DNA of 59,549 bases, taken from a virus. This document shows, in pieces, positions 1 through 8,631 of the stretch. A program made the position numbers and the translations under genes. The notes under the pieces were generated by a model. It saw nothing but the letters and a program-made list of their open reading frames with translations. It made no database searches and was not told where the DNA came from. Location: IMG/VR virus record IMGVR_UViG_3300032038_004959; one strand, 5' to 3'. The stretch's first letter is position 1. Every line of letters begins with the position of its first letter.

Positions 1-127
1 TCCTTGCAGAAGTCTTGCAACTGCGCCCCTCCGTATTCGATGAGACCATGCTTGCTTATCCATTCCTCCGCTCGCTGAAATAGTGATGCTGATTTCTTCA
101 TGTCTGCAAATCGATTAGTTTATAGAA
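1..127. repeat. Terminal direct repeat identical to 59423..59549 (circular-closure overlap)
   Basis: Bases 1..127 read identically to 59423..59549. The repeat cuts through the 5' end of the terS-like ORF, so it is not a gene boundary. Confidence 0.9.
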
Positions 128-682
128 CTCTCTTTTGAGTTCAGGATTTTTCTCGAATAACCCTGTGAAGTGAGCCACAGACATATTGCCATCATTCCTC
201 ACGCCTCTCATCGTCTTACAGAGATGCTTTCCTCTCATCACGATAGCGAAGCCGAGAGCATCATCATTCAGAGCCTCTGAAAGCATATTCACAATATCTC
301 GTGCGAGCCGTTCCTGAAGCTGCAATCGGGCAGCGCAATAGCCGACTACACGAGCGACCTTTGAGATGCCGAGGATGCGCCCTTTCGGATTGGGGATGTA
401 GGCAAAATAATACTTACCGAAGAAAGGCAGGATATGATGCTCACACATTGAGTAATAATCTCCTGTATCGAATACCAAATCCGAGATACCTTCCTCATTC
501 GGGAAAGTGGTAATCTTCGGCTTCTGAGCAGGGTCATAGCCTCTGAATATCTCTTTCCACATACGCACAATTCGGTCGGGAGTGCCTTTCAGACCATCTC
601 TGTCAGGATTCTCGCCGATAGCGATTAAGAGAGCTGTTATCGCACTCTTAATATCTTCTGTGTTTGGAGTGATAGTTTCCAT
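98..682 (-). CDS. folE: GTP cyclohydrolase I (FolE type)
   Basis: 194 aa. Motifs GTPDRIVRMW, SMCEHHILPF and GISKVARVV are typical of GCH-I. The stop overlaps the terS start as ATGA at 98..101 when the genome is circularised. Confidence 0.9.
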   Translation of the reverse strand: METITPNTEDIKSAITALLIAIGENPDRDGLKGTPDRIVRMWKEIFRGYDPAQKPKITTFPNEEGISDLVFDTGDYYSMCEHHILPFFGKYYFAYIPNPKGRILGISKVARVVGYCAARLQLQERLARDIVNMLSEALNDDALGFAIVMRGKHLCKTMRGVRNDGNMSVAHFTGLFEKNPELKREFYKLIDLQT

Positions 683-1221
683 TTTGGATTAGCTTTTACA
701 AAGTTTACACAATGCTCGATGATTTCTCTGTTTCGTTGCTCATCGCCTGTATCGCAAGGCTGCACGAAATAATGCGCTGCCGTGATACCCCATGTAGGGT
801 CAGCATAGAGAGTCTTTCCATCGAGAACAATCTTCACCTCCTGAGCAGTCTTGATGACAGGCTTTCCGACTGAGCCGACATAAGTCTCTTTCGGAGATAC
901 CGTCACCCAATCGACATTCGAGGGAACTTCACGAGTGCCGTTCGTCTCGATAGCAACCATCTTTCCGAGGTCGTGAATCTTATCCACGAGCGAGCGAGTG
1001 AGCTGCAAGGTCGGCTCTCCGCCTGTGATGACAACGAGAGATGCAGGATATTTTGCGATTTCAGCGCATATCTCATCCTCTGTGAGGTCTTGGTAAGGCT
1101 GATGCTCAGTATCGCAGAAAGAGCATCTCAGATTGCATCCTGAGAGCCTCAGAAAGATAGCCGCCTCTCCTGAGTGCGCTCCCTCTCCCTGAATCGAATA
1201 GAAAATCTCATTTACTCTCAT
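637..1221 (-). CDS. queE: 7-carboxy-7-deazaguanine synthase (radical SAM)
   Basis: 194 aa. N-terminal IFYSIQGEG and radical-SAM cluster motif CNLRCSFCDT. It sits between queD and folE. Confidence 0.9.
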   Translation of the reverse strand: MRVNEIFYSIQGEGAHSGEAAIFLRLSGCNLRCSFCDTEHQPYQDLTEDEICAEIAKYPASLVVITGGEPTLQLTRSLVDKIHDLGKMVAIETNGTREVPSNVDWVTVSPKETYVGSVGKPVIKTAQEVKIVLDGKTLYADPTWGITAAHYFVQPCDTGDEQRNREIIEHCVNFVKANPKWKLSLQTQKILRVR

Positions 1222-1574
1222 AGCGCACCATCATCTTTGAGTTTGTCATCTACATAAACGGCGAAGTTGCCCTCACTCTCTCTGACTGATGCCTTATAGC
1301 ACTGAGGAATCTGCTCGACAATCCATCGGGCGATATTCTCTGCGGTGGGATTGAAAGGCAGCAGCTCATTCAGGTTCTGATGGTCGAGCTTGCCATGAAT
1401 CTTCTCTTTGATATGCTTGAAGTCACAGACCATGCCATCCTTGTTGAGCTTCTTAGCCTTGCAATAGACGGTGATAATCCAATTGTGACCGTGCAAGTTC
1501 TTACACTTGCTCTCGTAGGATAATTTCAGAGAGTGACTCCCTGCAATCTCCATTCTCTTTGAAACATAGTACAT
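1218..1574 (-). CDS. queD: 6-carboxy-5,6,7,8-tetrahydropterin synthase
   Basis: 118 aa. Contains the SHSL...LHGHNW...CDF pattern typical of QueD/PTPS. Overlaps the queE start by 4 nt. Confidence 0.9.
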   Translation of the reverse strand: MYYVSKRMEIAGSHSLKLSYESKCKNLHGHNWIITVYCKAKKLNKDGMVCDFKHIKEKIHGKLDHQNLNELLPFNPTAENIARWIVEQIPQCYKASVRESEGNFAVYVDDKLKDDGAL

Positions 1575-1607
1575 AAGCGATATTGATTTGATATGATTAA
1601 ACTTGGT

Positions 1608-2267
1608 TTATTCCTCATATTCGGTCGGGTCATCGATGCCTGCATCCCTGAGAGCCTCTTTGCGTTCTATGCAAGTGCCACACTTGCCGCAATGCTTCTC
1701 GCCTCCCTTGTAGCAGGAATAGGTCTTTGAGTAATCAATTCCGAGAACCTTGCCGACCTTAGCAATATCGGTCTTTGAGAACGAGGTATAAGGAGCATAG
1801 ATATTGATATGCTCGTATGTGCCGTATGCCATTGCCTGATTCATTGCATCGATGAATGTAGCTCGACAATCGGGATAGATGGCGTGGTCTCCTGCATGAT
1901 TGGCGATGAGAACCTTTGTCAGACCTCGACTCTCTGCAAGACCACAGGCGATAGAGAGCATGATGCCATTACGGAAAGGAACGACAGTCGATTTCATGTT
2001 CTTATCCTGATAGTGACCCTCAGGAACTGCATCCGCTCCCTCCAAGAGAGACGATTTGAAATACTTGCCCATGAAGTCGAGAGGGATGATGAGATGCTCG
2101 ATACCGAGCCGCTTACAATGATAGGCTGCAAGCTCAGCCTCTCGTTTGTTGTGATTGCTGCCATAGTCGAAAGTGACTGCGAGAGCAATATAATCCTTTT
2201 GGTCGTACAGGAGCGTAACGCTATCCATGCCACCTGAAAGAATGATGATTGAATTCTTCTGTTTCAT
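1608..2267 (-). CDS. queC: 7-cyano-7-deazaguanine (preQ0) synthase
   Basis: 219 aa. PP-loop SGGMDS at the N-terminus and a C-terminal zinc motif CGKCGTCIERK. Confidence 0.9.
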   Translation of the reverse strand: MKQKNSIIILSGGMDSVTLLYDQKDYIALAVTFDYGSNHNKREAELAAYHCKRLGIEHLIIPLDFMGKYFKSSLLEGADAVPEGHYQDKNMKSTVVPFRNGIMLSIACGLAESRGLTKVLIANHAGDHAIYPDCRATFIDAMNQAMAYGTYEHINIYAPYTSFSKTDIAKVGKVLGIDYSKTYSCYKGGEKHCGKCGTCIERKEALRDAGIDDPTEYEE

Positions 2268-2337
2268 AGTCTCTGATATTTTGAATTATTGATGAAGTCG
2301 GCTTTTTATATAGCAAATCCGCATTCTACGCAATCAA

Positions 2338-3231
2338 TCAAAGATGATTCTCAGCATATTTGCCGAATTTCACCCATTCATTGAAATTGTTTACTGCGCC
2401 CTCTCTCGATTTGAGTCTGCATCCCTCTTTGCCTAATTGCTCCAATAGACCTGTGCGAGGATTGAACTTATAGAGATAGCCGCCACGATTGCCGTAGAGC
2501 CATGCGGTACTATCAACGCTATCGAAGTGATATTTCCTCAGATTGGCAACGGTGGTATATCCGAGACCATGTATCTTGCACTTATGCTCATGCGCCGTCT
2601 TGATGAACCACGGAAATGCCGTCTCGTATTTCTTTCGGTCAATCTCTTTCGTGACGATGCCGCCGAGAGCCACATAAGGATAGTTCTCGCACATCTTGAT
2701 GAAATACTCCTTGCCTCGATTGCGATGCCATACAGGGATAGGCTTCTTTCCTGTCAGAGCTTCGAGTTTCTCCCTGAGCCGTTCTACCTCAGTCAGACCG
2801 ACTACGGAATCAATATCAAGCTCGAAAAAGAGCTGCACGTTCCATCGATTGATGAATGCCGCATATTCCTCGACATACTCATCCCAATTTATGCCGCCTT
2901 TGTGCGAGCCTGACATGAACGTGAAAGCTCCTGAATCGAGCAGGAATGAGCCGAAGTGCTTAACAAGCGTCATAAATTCCTCGTTCTTTCTGAGGTAGTA
3001 GAATGATTCGAGGATATTGATGCCTTTCAGAGCATTCTCCCCTGTGAAGAAATCGCATCCATAGAGTTTTTCTCTGTGGATTTTCTTCTTATTGTTATCT
3101 CCTGCGATATATACTTTCATAGCGTCCATTACCTCACCTCGTGAGCGAGGGTCTGCGAGATAGATTTTTATTACCCTTTGCCAAAATTCACGGAGATTTC
3201 CTGAGATGCCTCCTGCGAGAAATATCTTCAT
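2338..3231 (-). CDS. dpdA: DpdA-like DNA 7-deazaguanine transglycosylase (TGT superfamily)
   Basis: 297 aa. LLDSGAFTF and HGLGYT motifs as in phage/bacterial DpdA. Immediately upstream of queC-queD-queE-folE. The true start could be an internal Met (MKVYIAGD). Confidence 0.75.
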   Translation of the reverse strand: MKIFLAGGISGNLREFWQRVIKIYLADPRSRGEVMDAMKVYIAGDNNKKKIHREKLYGCDFFTGENALKGINILESFYYLRKNEEFMTLVKHFGSFLLDSGAFTFMSGSHKGGINWDEYVEEYAAFINRWNVQLFFELDIDSVVGLTEVERLREKLEALTGKKPIPVWHRNRGKEYFIKMCENYPYVALGGIVTKEIDRKKYETAFPWFIKTAHEHKCKIHGLGYTTVANLRKYHFDSVDSTAWLYGNRGGYLYKFNPRTGLLEQLGKEGCRLKSREGAVNNFNEWVKFGKYAENHL

Positions 3232-3298
3232 ACATCTACGCTGAATATATTATCTTGAATTATATATTATATAGCTATATAGTGCTACAATAGCGATA

Positions 3299-3907
3299 TT
3301 ACTTCACCTTGATTCCTGAGTAGTCAGACAGAGCCGATTCGATGAGCGATTTCATCTCATCCTTTTGGTCTGCATACTCATCGGGAATGGTGATTGTCAG
3401 CTTCTCGCCCTTGCTCTTTTCATCCTCGTTGTCGAGAGAATCAAAGAACTCATCCGTATTGATTTCACTCTCCATGATAGGCAAATCAACGCCCCATGAT
3501 GTGAGTTGAGCTGCATCCCATTCGTTGGCGAGCATATCCCAATCCCATTTACCGAAACCATTGTTATCGATGACCGAATAGGCTTTCAGCTGCTCGATAG
3601 AGGTCTCTTTGGGGATGATGATGCAGGGAGCGGTCTTGAAACCAAGTTCGCTCATTGCATGATAGCGCATATTACCGCCGATGATGATATACTTGCCGTT
3701 TTCAAGAGGATAGACGAGCAATCCCCTGAGAGTGAGCATTTCAGGATATTGCTGAATGTTCTGTTTCAGCAAATCCATCTTTGAGTCTGTTATCTGCCTC
3801 GGATTGGATGGCAGACCTTCAAGCTGACCGTCATTCGGTTCTAATTGAGCCAGCTCCATCGATACAAACTGCGTATCGATACTCTTGTTCTGAGTGTCTT
3901 TTCCCAT
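3299..3907 (-). CDS. ParB N-terminal (ParB/Srx) domain protein, possible DpdB-like partner of DpdA
   Basis: 202 aa. The IIGGNMRYHA box resembles the ParB-N GxxR motif. First gene downstream of a TAnnTTTG box and directly upstream of dpdA. Confidence 0.65.
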   Translation of the reverse strand: MGKDTQNKSIDTQFVSMELAQLEPNDGQLEGLPSNPRQITDSKMDLLKQNIQQYPEMLTLRGLLVYPLENGKYIIIGGNMRYHAMSELGFKTAPCIIIPKETSIEQLKAYSVIDNNGFGKWDWDMLANEWDAAQLTSWGVDLPIMESEINTDEFFDSLDNEDEKSKGEKLTITIPDEYADQKDEMKSLIESALSDYSGIKVK

Positions 3908-3942
3908 GATGACAATTGTCTAAAAAAAATGATATATCGGCA

Positions 3943-3950
3943 CAAAGATA
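3943..3950 (-). promoter_or_regulatory. Bacteroidetes-type -7 promoter box (TATCTTTG on the minus strand)
   Basis: Plus-strand caaagata is the reverse complement of TATCTTTG, which matches TAnnTTTG. It lies 35 nt upstream of the ATG at 3907. Confidence 0.45.
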
Positions 3951-3980
3951 CAAAAAAGGATGCTTATTAGGCATCCTTTT
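3951..3980 (-). terminator. Hairpin with flanking A/T tracts (possible bidirectional intrinsic terminator)
   Basis: aaaaaaGGATGCttattagGCATCCtttt: 6-bp stem, 7-nt loop, followed by a T6 run on the minus strand after the VRR-NUC gene. Also contains the 15-bp palindrome ATGCTTATTAGGCAT. Confidence 0.4.
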
Positions 3981-3999
3981 AGGCGAAAAATATATATTT

Positions 4000-4347
4000 T
4001 TAACGCAAATAGGCGTTAATTTGCTCCATAAAGTCCTCAAAAGAGCGACAAATGACGTATTTATACCCTGCATCTTCGACCGCTCGCTGCCAAATCTTCT
4101 GAGATGGCTGCTGCTTGCCCTTTTCTGTCTTCATCTCGATACAGAGACCATGATAATGCTTTGCAGGGAATAGAAGCAATAGGTCTGAGACTCCTTTCGT
4201 CACTCCCTCCGCTTTCATTATCGCTCCCTCAATCCTGCGCCTTGCACCGCCATTGGGAACGGCGAACAAGAGCAATGCGAGCTTAGGATATTGCAGTCGA
4301 AACCACTTCACGCAGTTCTGCTGAATGATACTCTCAACGTGTCTCAT
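4000..4347 (-). CDS. VRR-NUC domain nuclease (PD-(D/E)xK)
   Basis: 115 aa. The GVSDLLLLF...GLCIEMKTEKG pattern matches the VRR-NUC D...ExK core. Confidence 0.75.
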   Translation of the reverse strand: MRHVESIIQQNCVKWFRLQYPKLALLLFAVPNGGARRRIEGAIMKAEGVTKGVSDLLLLFPAKHYHGLCIEMKTEKGKQQPSQKIWQRAVEDAGYKYVICRSFEDFMEQINAYLR

Positions 4348-4350
4348 AGC

Positions 4351-4797
4351 TTAGAATGGCAAATCGTCATCGTCTTTCTTCTGCTCCTGAGCCTGAGGGA
4401 ATGAAGTGCCTCCCTGCACAGGATATTGAGATACTCCCTGAGATTGGCTCTGCTGAGATTCTGCCCTACGGTCGAGCATCTGCATCGATTCGCATTCAAT
4501 CTCCGTCACATATCGGGTCTGACCGTCTTTCTCGTAGGAGCGAGTGCGTATCTTTCCCTGAATATAGAGTGAGCTGCCTTTGCGGACGAACTTCTCGACA
4601 ATCTCAGCAGTCTTTCCCCAACAGACGATATTATGCCATTCCGTCCTATCGGGTATCTGCTGACCGCTCTGAGTGGTATATCCCTTTTCGGTCGTAGCGA
4701 GGGAAAAGCTCGCCACCTTTCTTCCTGATTGTGTCTGATTGATTCTTGGCTCATCCCCAACGAAACCAACCACAATAGCCATATTTACTGATGCCAT
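4351..4797 (-). CDS. ssb: Single-stranded DNA-binding protein
   Basis: 148 aa. OB-fold N-terminus (NMAIVVGFVGDEP...TEWHNIVCWGK), Q/G-rich linker and an acidic DDDLPF tail. Confidence 0.9.
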   Translation of the reverse strand: MASVNMAIVVGFVGDEPRINQTQSGRKVASFSLATTEKGYTTQSGQQIPDRTEWHNIVCWGKTAEIVEKFVRKGSSLYIQGKIRTRSYEKDGQTRYVTEIECESMQMLDRRAESQQSQSQGVSQYPVQGGTSFPQAQEQKKDDDDLPF

Positions 4798-4893
4798 ATT
4801 ATGTTATATTATATATTCTACGGATAAACGATATTGTTATATAGCCGAATTTCGCACAGAAACGGCTCTCTGACGCATTTTCTCGTCATTCCC

Positions 4894-5091
4894 TTAGTGG
4901 TATTCAGGTCTGAACGGATTAGAGCGAATACGAAGCCAATACGAGCGTCTCTGATAATCTCTCCGAGGTCGCATCCTCTCATAGTAGGGTGGTGGCGGTT
5001 CTGAACGATGCCTTATCCTCTCATACCATTCCATCGAGGCATATTCCTCAATCAGTCGGATAGCCTTTGCAATCAGCTTTGATGCTCTCAT
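4894..5091 (-). CDS. Hypothetical protein (Arg/Pro-rich)
   Basis: 65-aa ORF co-oriented with its neighbours and overlapping the upstream gene by 4 nt. No recognisable motif. Confidence 0.4.
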   Translation of the reverse strand: MRASKLIAKAIRLIEEYASMEWYERIRHRSEPPPPYYERMRPRRDYQRRSYWLRIRSNPFRPEYH

Positions 5092-5291
5092 GGCTGACCC
5101 TCCCCGAATAGATTTCCCTGAACAGGCTGAGGTCGCTTGCTCAGGATAGCGTTCACTCTTGCGATTTCAGCATCAATCTCCCTTTCGAGAGCCTTGCTCC
5201 GATTGAGAGCGGCACTACTCCGAGTCTTGAAATACTCCTTTTGTGCCTCTCTCAATTCAGATACCTTGTCGAAAAACTCCTTAGGCTTCAT
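5088..5291 (-). CDS. Hypothetical protein
   Basis: 67-aa ORF in operon context with overlapping start and stop. Helical, charged composition. Confidence 0.45.
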   Translation of the reverse strand: MKPKEFFDKVSELREAQKEYFKTRSSAALNRSKALEREIDAEIARVNAILSKRPQPVQGNLFGEGQP

Positions 5292-5754
5292 CTGCTTTCT
5301 CAGTCTCTTTCGGATGATACTCGAATACGTCCATTATCTGAGTCTCAGCGATGGAGATAATCTCATAATCAATCATCGTGCCTCCCATCACCTCATCGAC
5401 ATTCTTCACGGCTGCATTGAAGTTCTCAGCATGAACGAGATAGGTCACGTTCTGCCGTTTCTCATTGCCTGACTTCTCATCGATGGTGATGAATGCGAGC
5501 TTCGCCTTATAGTAGCGGTCGGCACTCGGATTCTCATCGAAGAATATCTCACCGAACGGAGCGAGGGAAATATCCTTCACCTCGAACTCTCCGCTGATAT
5601 ATGCGGACATTTCCTCTGTGATGCGTTCCTCAGCCTCTGTGAAGCTCACGGCATCGATGACATAACTCTCTGTGACTTTCTTCTGCATACCATCCTCCTG
5701 CATCTTCTCGTAGCGGACTTTGCAGATGAACCATTGTGCTGTTCTTGATTTCAT
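5281..5754 (-). CDS. DUF4494-like protein
   Basis: 157 aa. The N-terminus WFICKVRYEK...SFTEAEERITEEM resembles what I recall of Bacteroidetes DUF4494 proteins. This is from memory, not a search. Confidence 0.55.
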   Translation of the reverse strand: MKSRTAQWFICKVRYEKMQEDGMQKKVTESYVIDAVSFTEAEERITEEMSAYISGEFEVKDISLAPFGEIFFDENPSADRYYKAKLAFITIDEKSGNEKRQNVTYLVHAENFNAAVKNVDEVMGGTMIDYEIISIAETQIMDVFEYHPKETEKADEA

Positions 5755-5787
5755 AATTTGAAGTGTTTGAATGATTAAAAACTCGGT

Positions 5788-6195
5788 TTATTTCTCGCTA
5801 TCTGATTTCTCAGACTTTTTCTTTCGGGTGCGCTTCGCTTTCGGCTTTTCCTGAGCCTCTTTCTCTGCGATGTTCTTTGCCGCATTATCCTTGGCTTTCT
5901 TGATGGCAGCATTACGGAATGCAATCAGGACAATCTGCTGCACCGTATTCCTCTCGCCTGAGCTGAGGGATGATTTCTTCGCCTGAATCAAATCCCATTC
6001 CTTGACGATAGCATCAGGATTGAGGATGCCTTTTTCATCGAGATTGACGAAAGGATTGCGTTTCAATTCGCCGCTCTTGCTTTCTTTGCGGACTTTCTCA
6101 CGATTCTCTTTTGCATTGGCGATGACCTCTGCAATCTGAGCCTTCACTTCCTCAGTAGTGAGACCCTGTTCTTGATTCTGATTCTTTTCTTCCAT
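5788..6195 (-). CDS. Hypothetical Lys-rich protein
   Basis: 135-aa ORF with a very basic C-terminal tail (KPKAKRTRKKKSEKS). Confidence 0.5.
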   Translation of the reverse strand: MEEKNQNQEQGLTTEEVKAQIAEVIANAKENREKVRKESKSGELKRNPFVNLDEKGILNPDAIVKEWDLIQAKKSSLSSGERNTVQQIVLIAFRNAAIKKAKDNAAKNIAEKEAQEKPKAKRTRKKKSEKSDSEK

Positions 6196-6206
6196 TTTGA
6201 TTGATA

Positions 6207-6416
6207 TTAGGAGTTATGTTTCTTGTTTATTTCTTCTGCTCTCTTGCTTATCTCGCACTCAGAGCATCGAGCCTTATCCATTTCGCAGAGCGAGCAGGGA
6301 GCGAGGGCATATCCGCAATGCTGACAGATATAGACCTTATGCCCATCACTCCGAAACTCATTCTCGCTCTCGCAATTCGGACACCACTCATCGAATTTGG
6401 TGATTGTGAATGCCAT
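6207..6416 (-). CDS. Small zinc-ribbon protein
   Basis: 69 aa with CPNC...CQHC and CSLC...CSEC cysteine pairs. Confidence 0.5.
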   Translation of the reverse strand: MAFTITKFDEWCPNCESENEFRSDGHKVYICQHCGYALAPCSLCEMDKARCSECEISKRAEEINKKHNS

Positions 6417-6417
6417 A

Positions 6418-8631
6418 TTAGTCGAATAATGATTTCTGTGATTTCAGTTGCTCCATTCCCTTGATATTCTTGATAGCCTCCTTGAAATAGCTCTCTTTCA
6501 GCTCAAAGCCGATGCCGAAGCGATTGAGCTTGACTGCCTCATAGACCTCTGAGCCGATGCCTAAGAATGGTGTCAGGACGGTATCGCCCTCATTGCTCCA
6601 TAGGGTGATGGCTCTCTCGATAGTGTCGAGCTGCAAAGGACAGATATGTTTCTCGTCTGCTTCATCACGACCTTTGGCTGCATTGAGAGTGTTCGAGTAG
6701 TCAATATCCATCCAAACAGGCGATGCGTACTTCTGCCAAGTATCGACAGAGATATTGCAGTGAACAGGATGCTCATGCTCGCCATCTTTGCGGAAAACCA
6801 TCAAGTAATCAGGAATACCGACACGACTCATGGCTGCATCCTTGCCGACCTGCTTATGCAACAGACCGAGAGCCTTTGTGCGCTGCATCTCCGTGACAGG
6901 ATTCTTCCAGATGGTGACTCTCGAATGATAGATGAAACCTACCTCTGTGAATGCCTGGAGTATCATGCCTGAGAAATCCCTGAGACCGATATATCCCTCC
7001 TTGCCTTTCTGAATAGGCAAATCCATGCAATGTACGGCGATATTTCGCCCCCCCCACATGACACGATAGAGCTCTTTCACGAGGAACTTGAATGCCTTGA
7101 AAAACTCCTGATAATCCTTTGAGTTGCCCATATCCTCCAATTTGTCGGAATAGGTGTAAAGCTCTGCGAATGGTGGCGAGAATATCGAGAAACCGATGCT
7201 CTCGTCAGGGATTGACTGAATGAGCTGCACACAATCGCCAAGGCGAATATCGCAGCGTTCTGATTTATACTGATTGCTTACTTCCATCTTTTTGAGTATT
7301 ATTTTATTCTTGATATTACGATTCATTGCCTCAGTCATAGCCGACTGCATCTCATTAAACGCTTTCTGCTTTGCATCGAAGCTGTATTTCACGTTCTGCA
7401 TCGTATCGGTCGTGATAAGATAGATATTGACCGCCTCTTTCTGTCCGAAACGATAGGAACGGCGGATTCCCTGATAGGTTGCCTCAAATGAGAAATCGAG
7501 AGAGGCATATATCTGATTGTGGCAGTTCTGATAATTGAGACCGAACTGAGCGATTTTGAGCTTGGTGATGAGGATGCGGAAATCACCATTGCCGAAGCCG
7601 AGCAGCTTTTCTTTCTTGTATTCTCTCGAATCAGAGCCTTTCACCTCGATTGCCTCAGGCAGCAGGGAACGGAGATATTTTCCCTCGTCATCGTGACCTA
7701 TCCAAATGATGAAGTTCTCATCGGGTCGAGCTTTCACCATCTCAGCCACTCTGTCAAGACGGATTTTGTAGGTCAAGCGCAGCTCTTTGTGAAACTCGGT
7801 TGCAGATACGGCAGATGTATTGAATAGCATTCCGTTATCTCGCTTGGGAGTCTCGACAATATCCTGAATGACATTGAGAGGTGGCAGGTCGTAGCCTTTA
7901 TCATCGAAGCCTATATCACTCGGTTTGTTGAGCATCACCGCCCAAGTCGAGACGAAATCCCAAAAGCTCTGCTTTGCATGACCTTTGAGCCTCCAATCTG
8001 AGGTTGAGCCTCCATCATGCACGAAATACATTGCGAGCATCTCTGAACGGCTCATCACATCGAGGAACTCAGCATGATTGCAGATTTCGGTCGTATCATT
8101 CGGTGATGGAGTAGCCGTGCAAGCGAGCTTATAGGGAGTGCGCTTGAACTGTTCGATGATATAGGTTCTCGTCTTTCCCTGAAAGTTTTTCAGGATAGAG
8201 CTTTCATCGAGAACGATGCCTCCGAAACATGATACATCGACATTCGGCAGATTATCATAGTTCGTGATGAAGATTCCCAAATCACCGATATAGGTAGATG
8301 CTTCATCATACTCAGTCACCTTGTAGCCGAATTTCTTTCCCTCTTTGATGGTCTGAGAGATAACGGCGAGAGGTGCGAGGATGAGAACAGGCTGGTCGGT
8401 ATGCTCGAAAACCTTTTGCGCCCATTCGAGCTGCTGAATGGTCTTTCCGAGACCGCAATCTTCAAAGAGGGCAAACTTACCGACCGCTAATGCTCGTTTC
8501 ACACAATACTTCTGAAAATCGAAGAGTGCAGGATTGAGGTCTGCATCCTCAACGGCAAATCCGCTCTCGATTCTCTGAGTTTTCTTCTGTTCGAGAAACT
8601 CATTATACTCTTTCTTTTCTTGCTCTGTCAT
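6418..8631 (-). CDS. SNF2/DEAD-like helicase fused to an N6/N4 DNA methyltransferase
   Basis: 737 aa. N-terminal half has GLGKT (motif I), VLDESS (motif II) and RSYRFGQ (motif VI). C-terminal half has SPPF (methyltransferase motif IV) followed by TPFLGIGS (motif I). Confidence 0.85.
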   Translation of the reverse strand: MTEQEKKEYNEFLEQKKTQRIESGFAVEDADLNPALFDFQKYCVKRALAVGKFALFEDCGLGKTIQQLEWAQKVFEHTDQPVLILAPLAVISQTIKEGKKFGYKVTEYDEASTYIGDLGIFITNYDNLPNVDVSCFGGIVLDESSILKNFQGKTRTYIIEQFKRTPYKLACTATPSPNDTTEICNHAEFLDVMSRSEMLAMYFVHDGGSTSDWRLKGHAKQSFWDFVSTWAVMLNKPSDIGFDDKGYDLPPLNVIQDIVETPKRDNGMLFNTSAVSATEFHKELRLTYKIRLDRVAEMVKARPDENFIIWIGHDDEGKYLRSLLPEAIEVKGSDSREYKKEKLLGFGNGDFRILITKLKIAQFGLNYQNCHNQIYASLDFSFEATYQGIRRSYRFGQKEAVNIYLITTDTMQNVKYSFDAKQKAFNEMQSAMTEAMNRNIKNKIILKKMEVSNQYKSERCDIRLGDCVQLIQSIPDESIGFSIFSPPFAELYTYSDKLEDMGNSKDYQEFFKAFKFLVKELYRVMWGGRNIAVHCMDLPIQKGKEGYIGLRDFSGMILQAFTEVGFIYHSRVTIWKNPVTEMQRTKALGLLHKQVGKDAAMSRVGIPDYLMVFRKDGEHEHPVHCNISVDTWQKYASPVWMDIDYSNTLNAAKGRDEADEKHICPLQLDTIERAITLWSNEGDTVLTPFLGIGSEVYEAVKLNRFGIGFELKESYFKEAIKNIKGMEQLKSQKSLFD

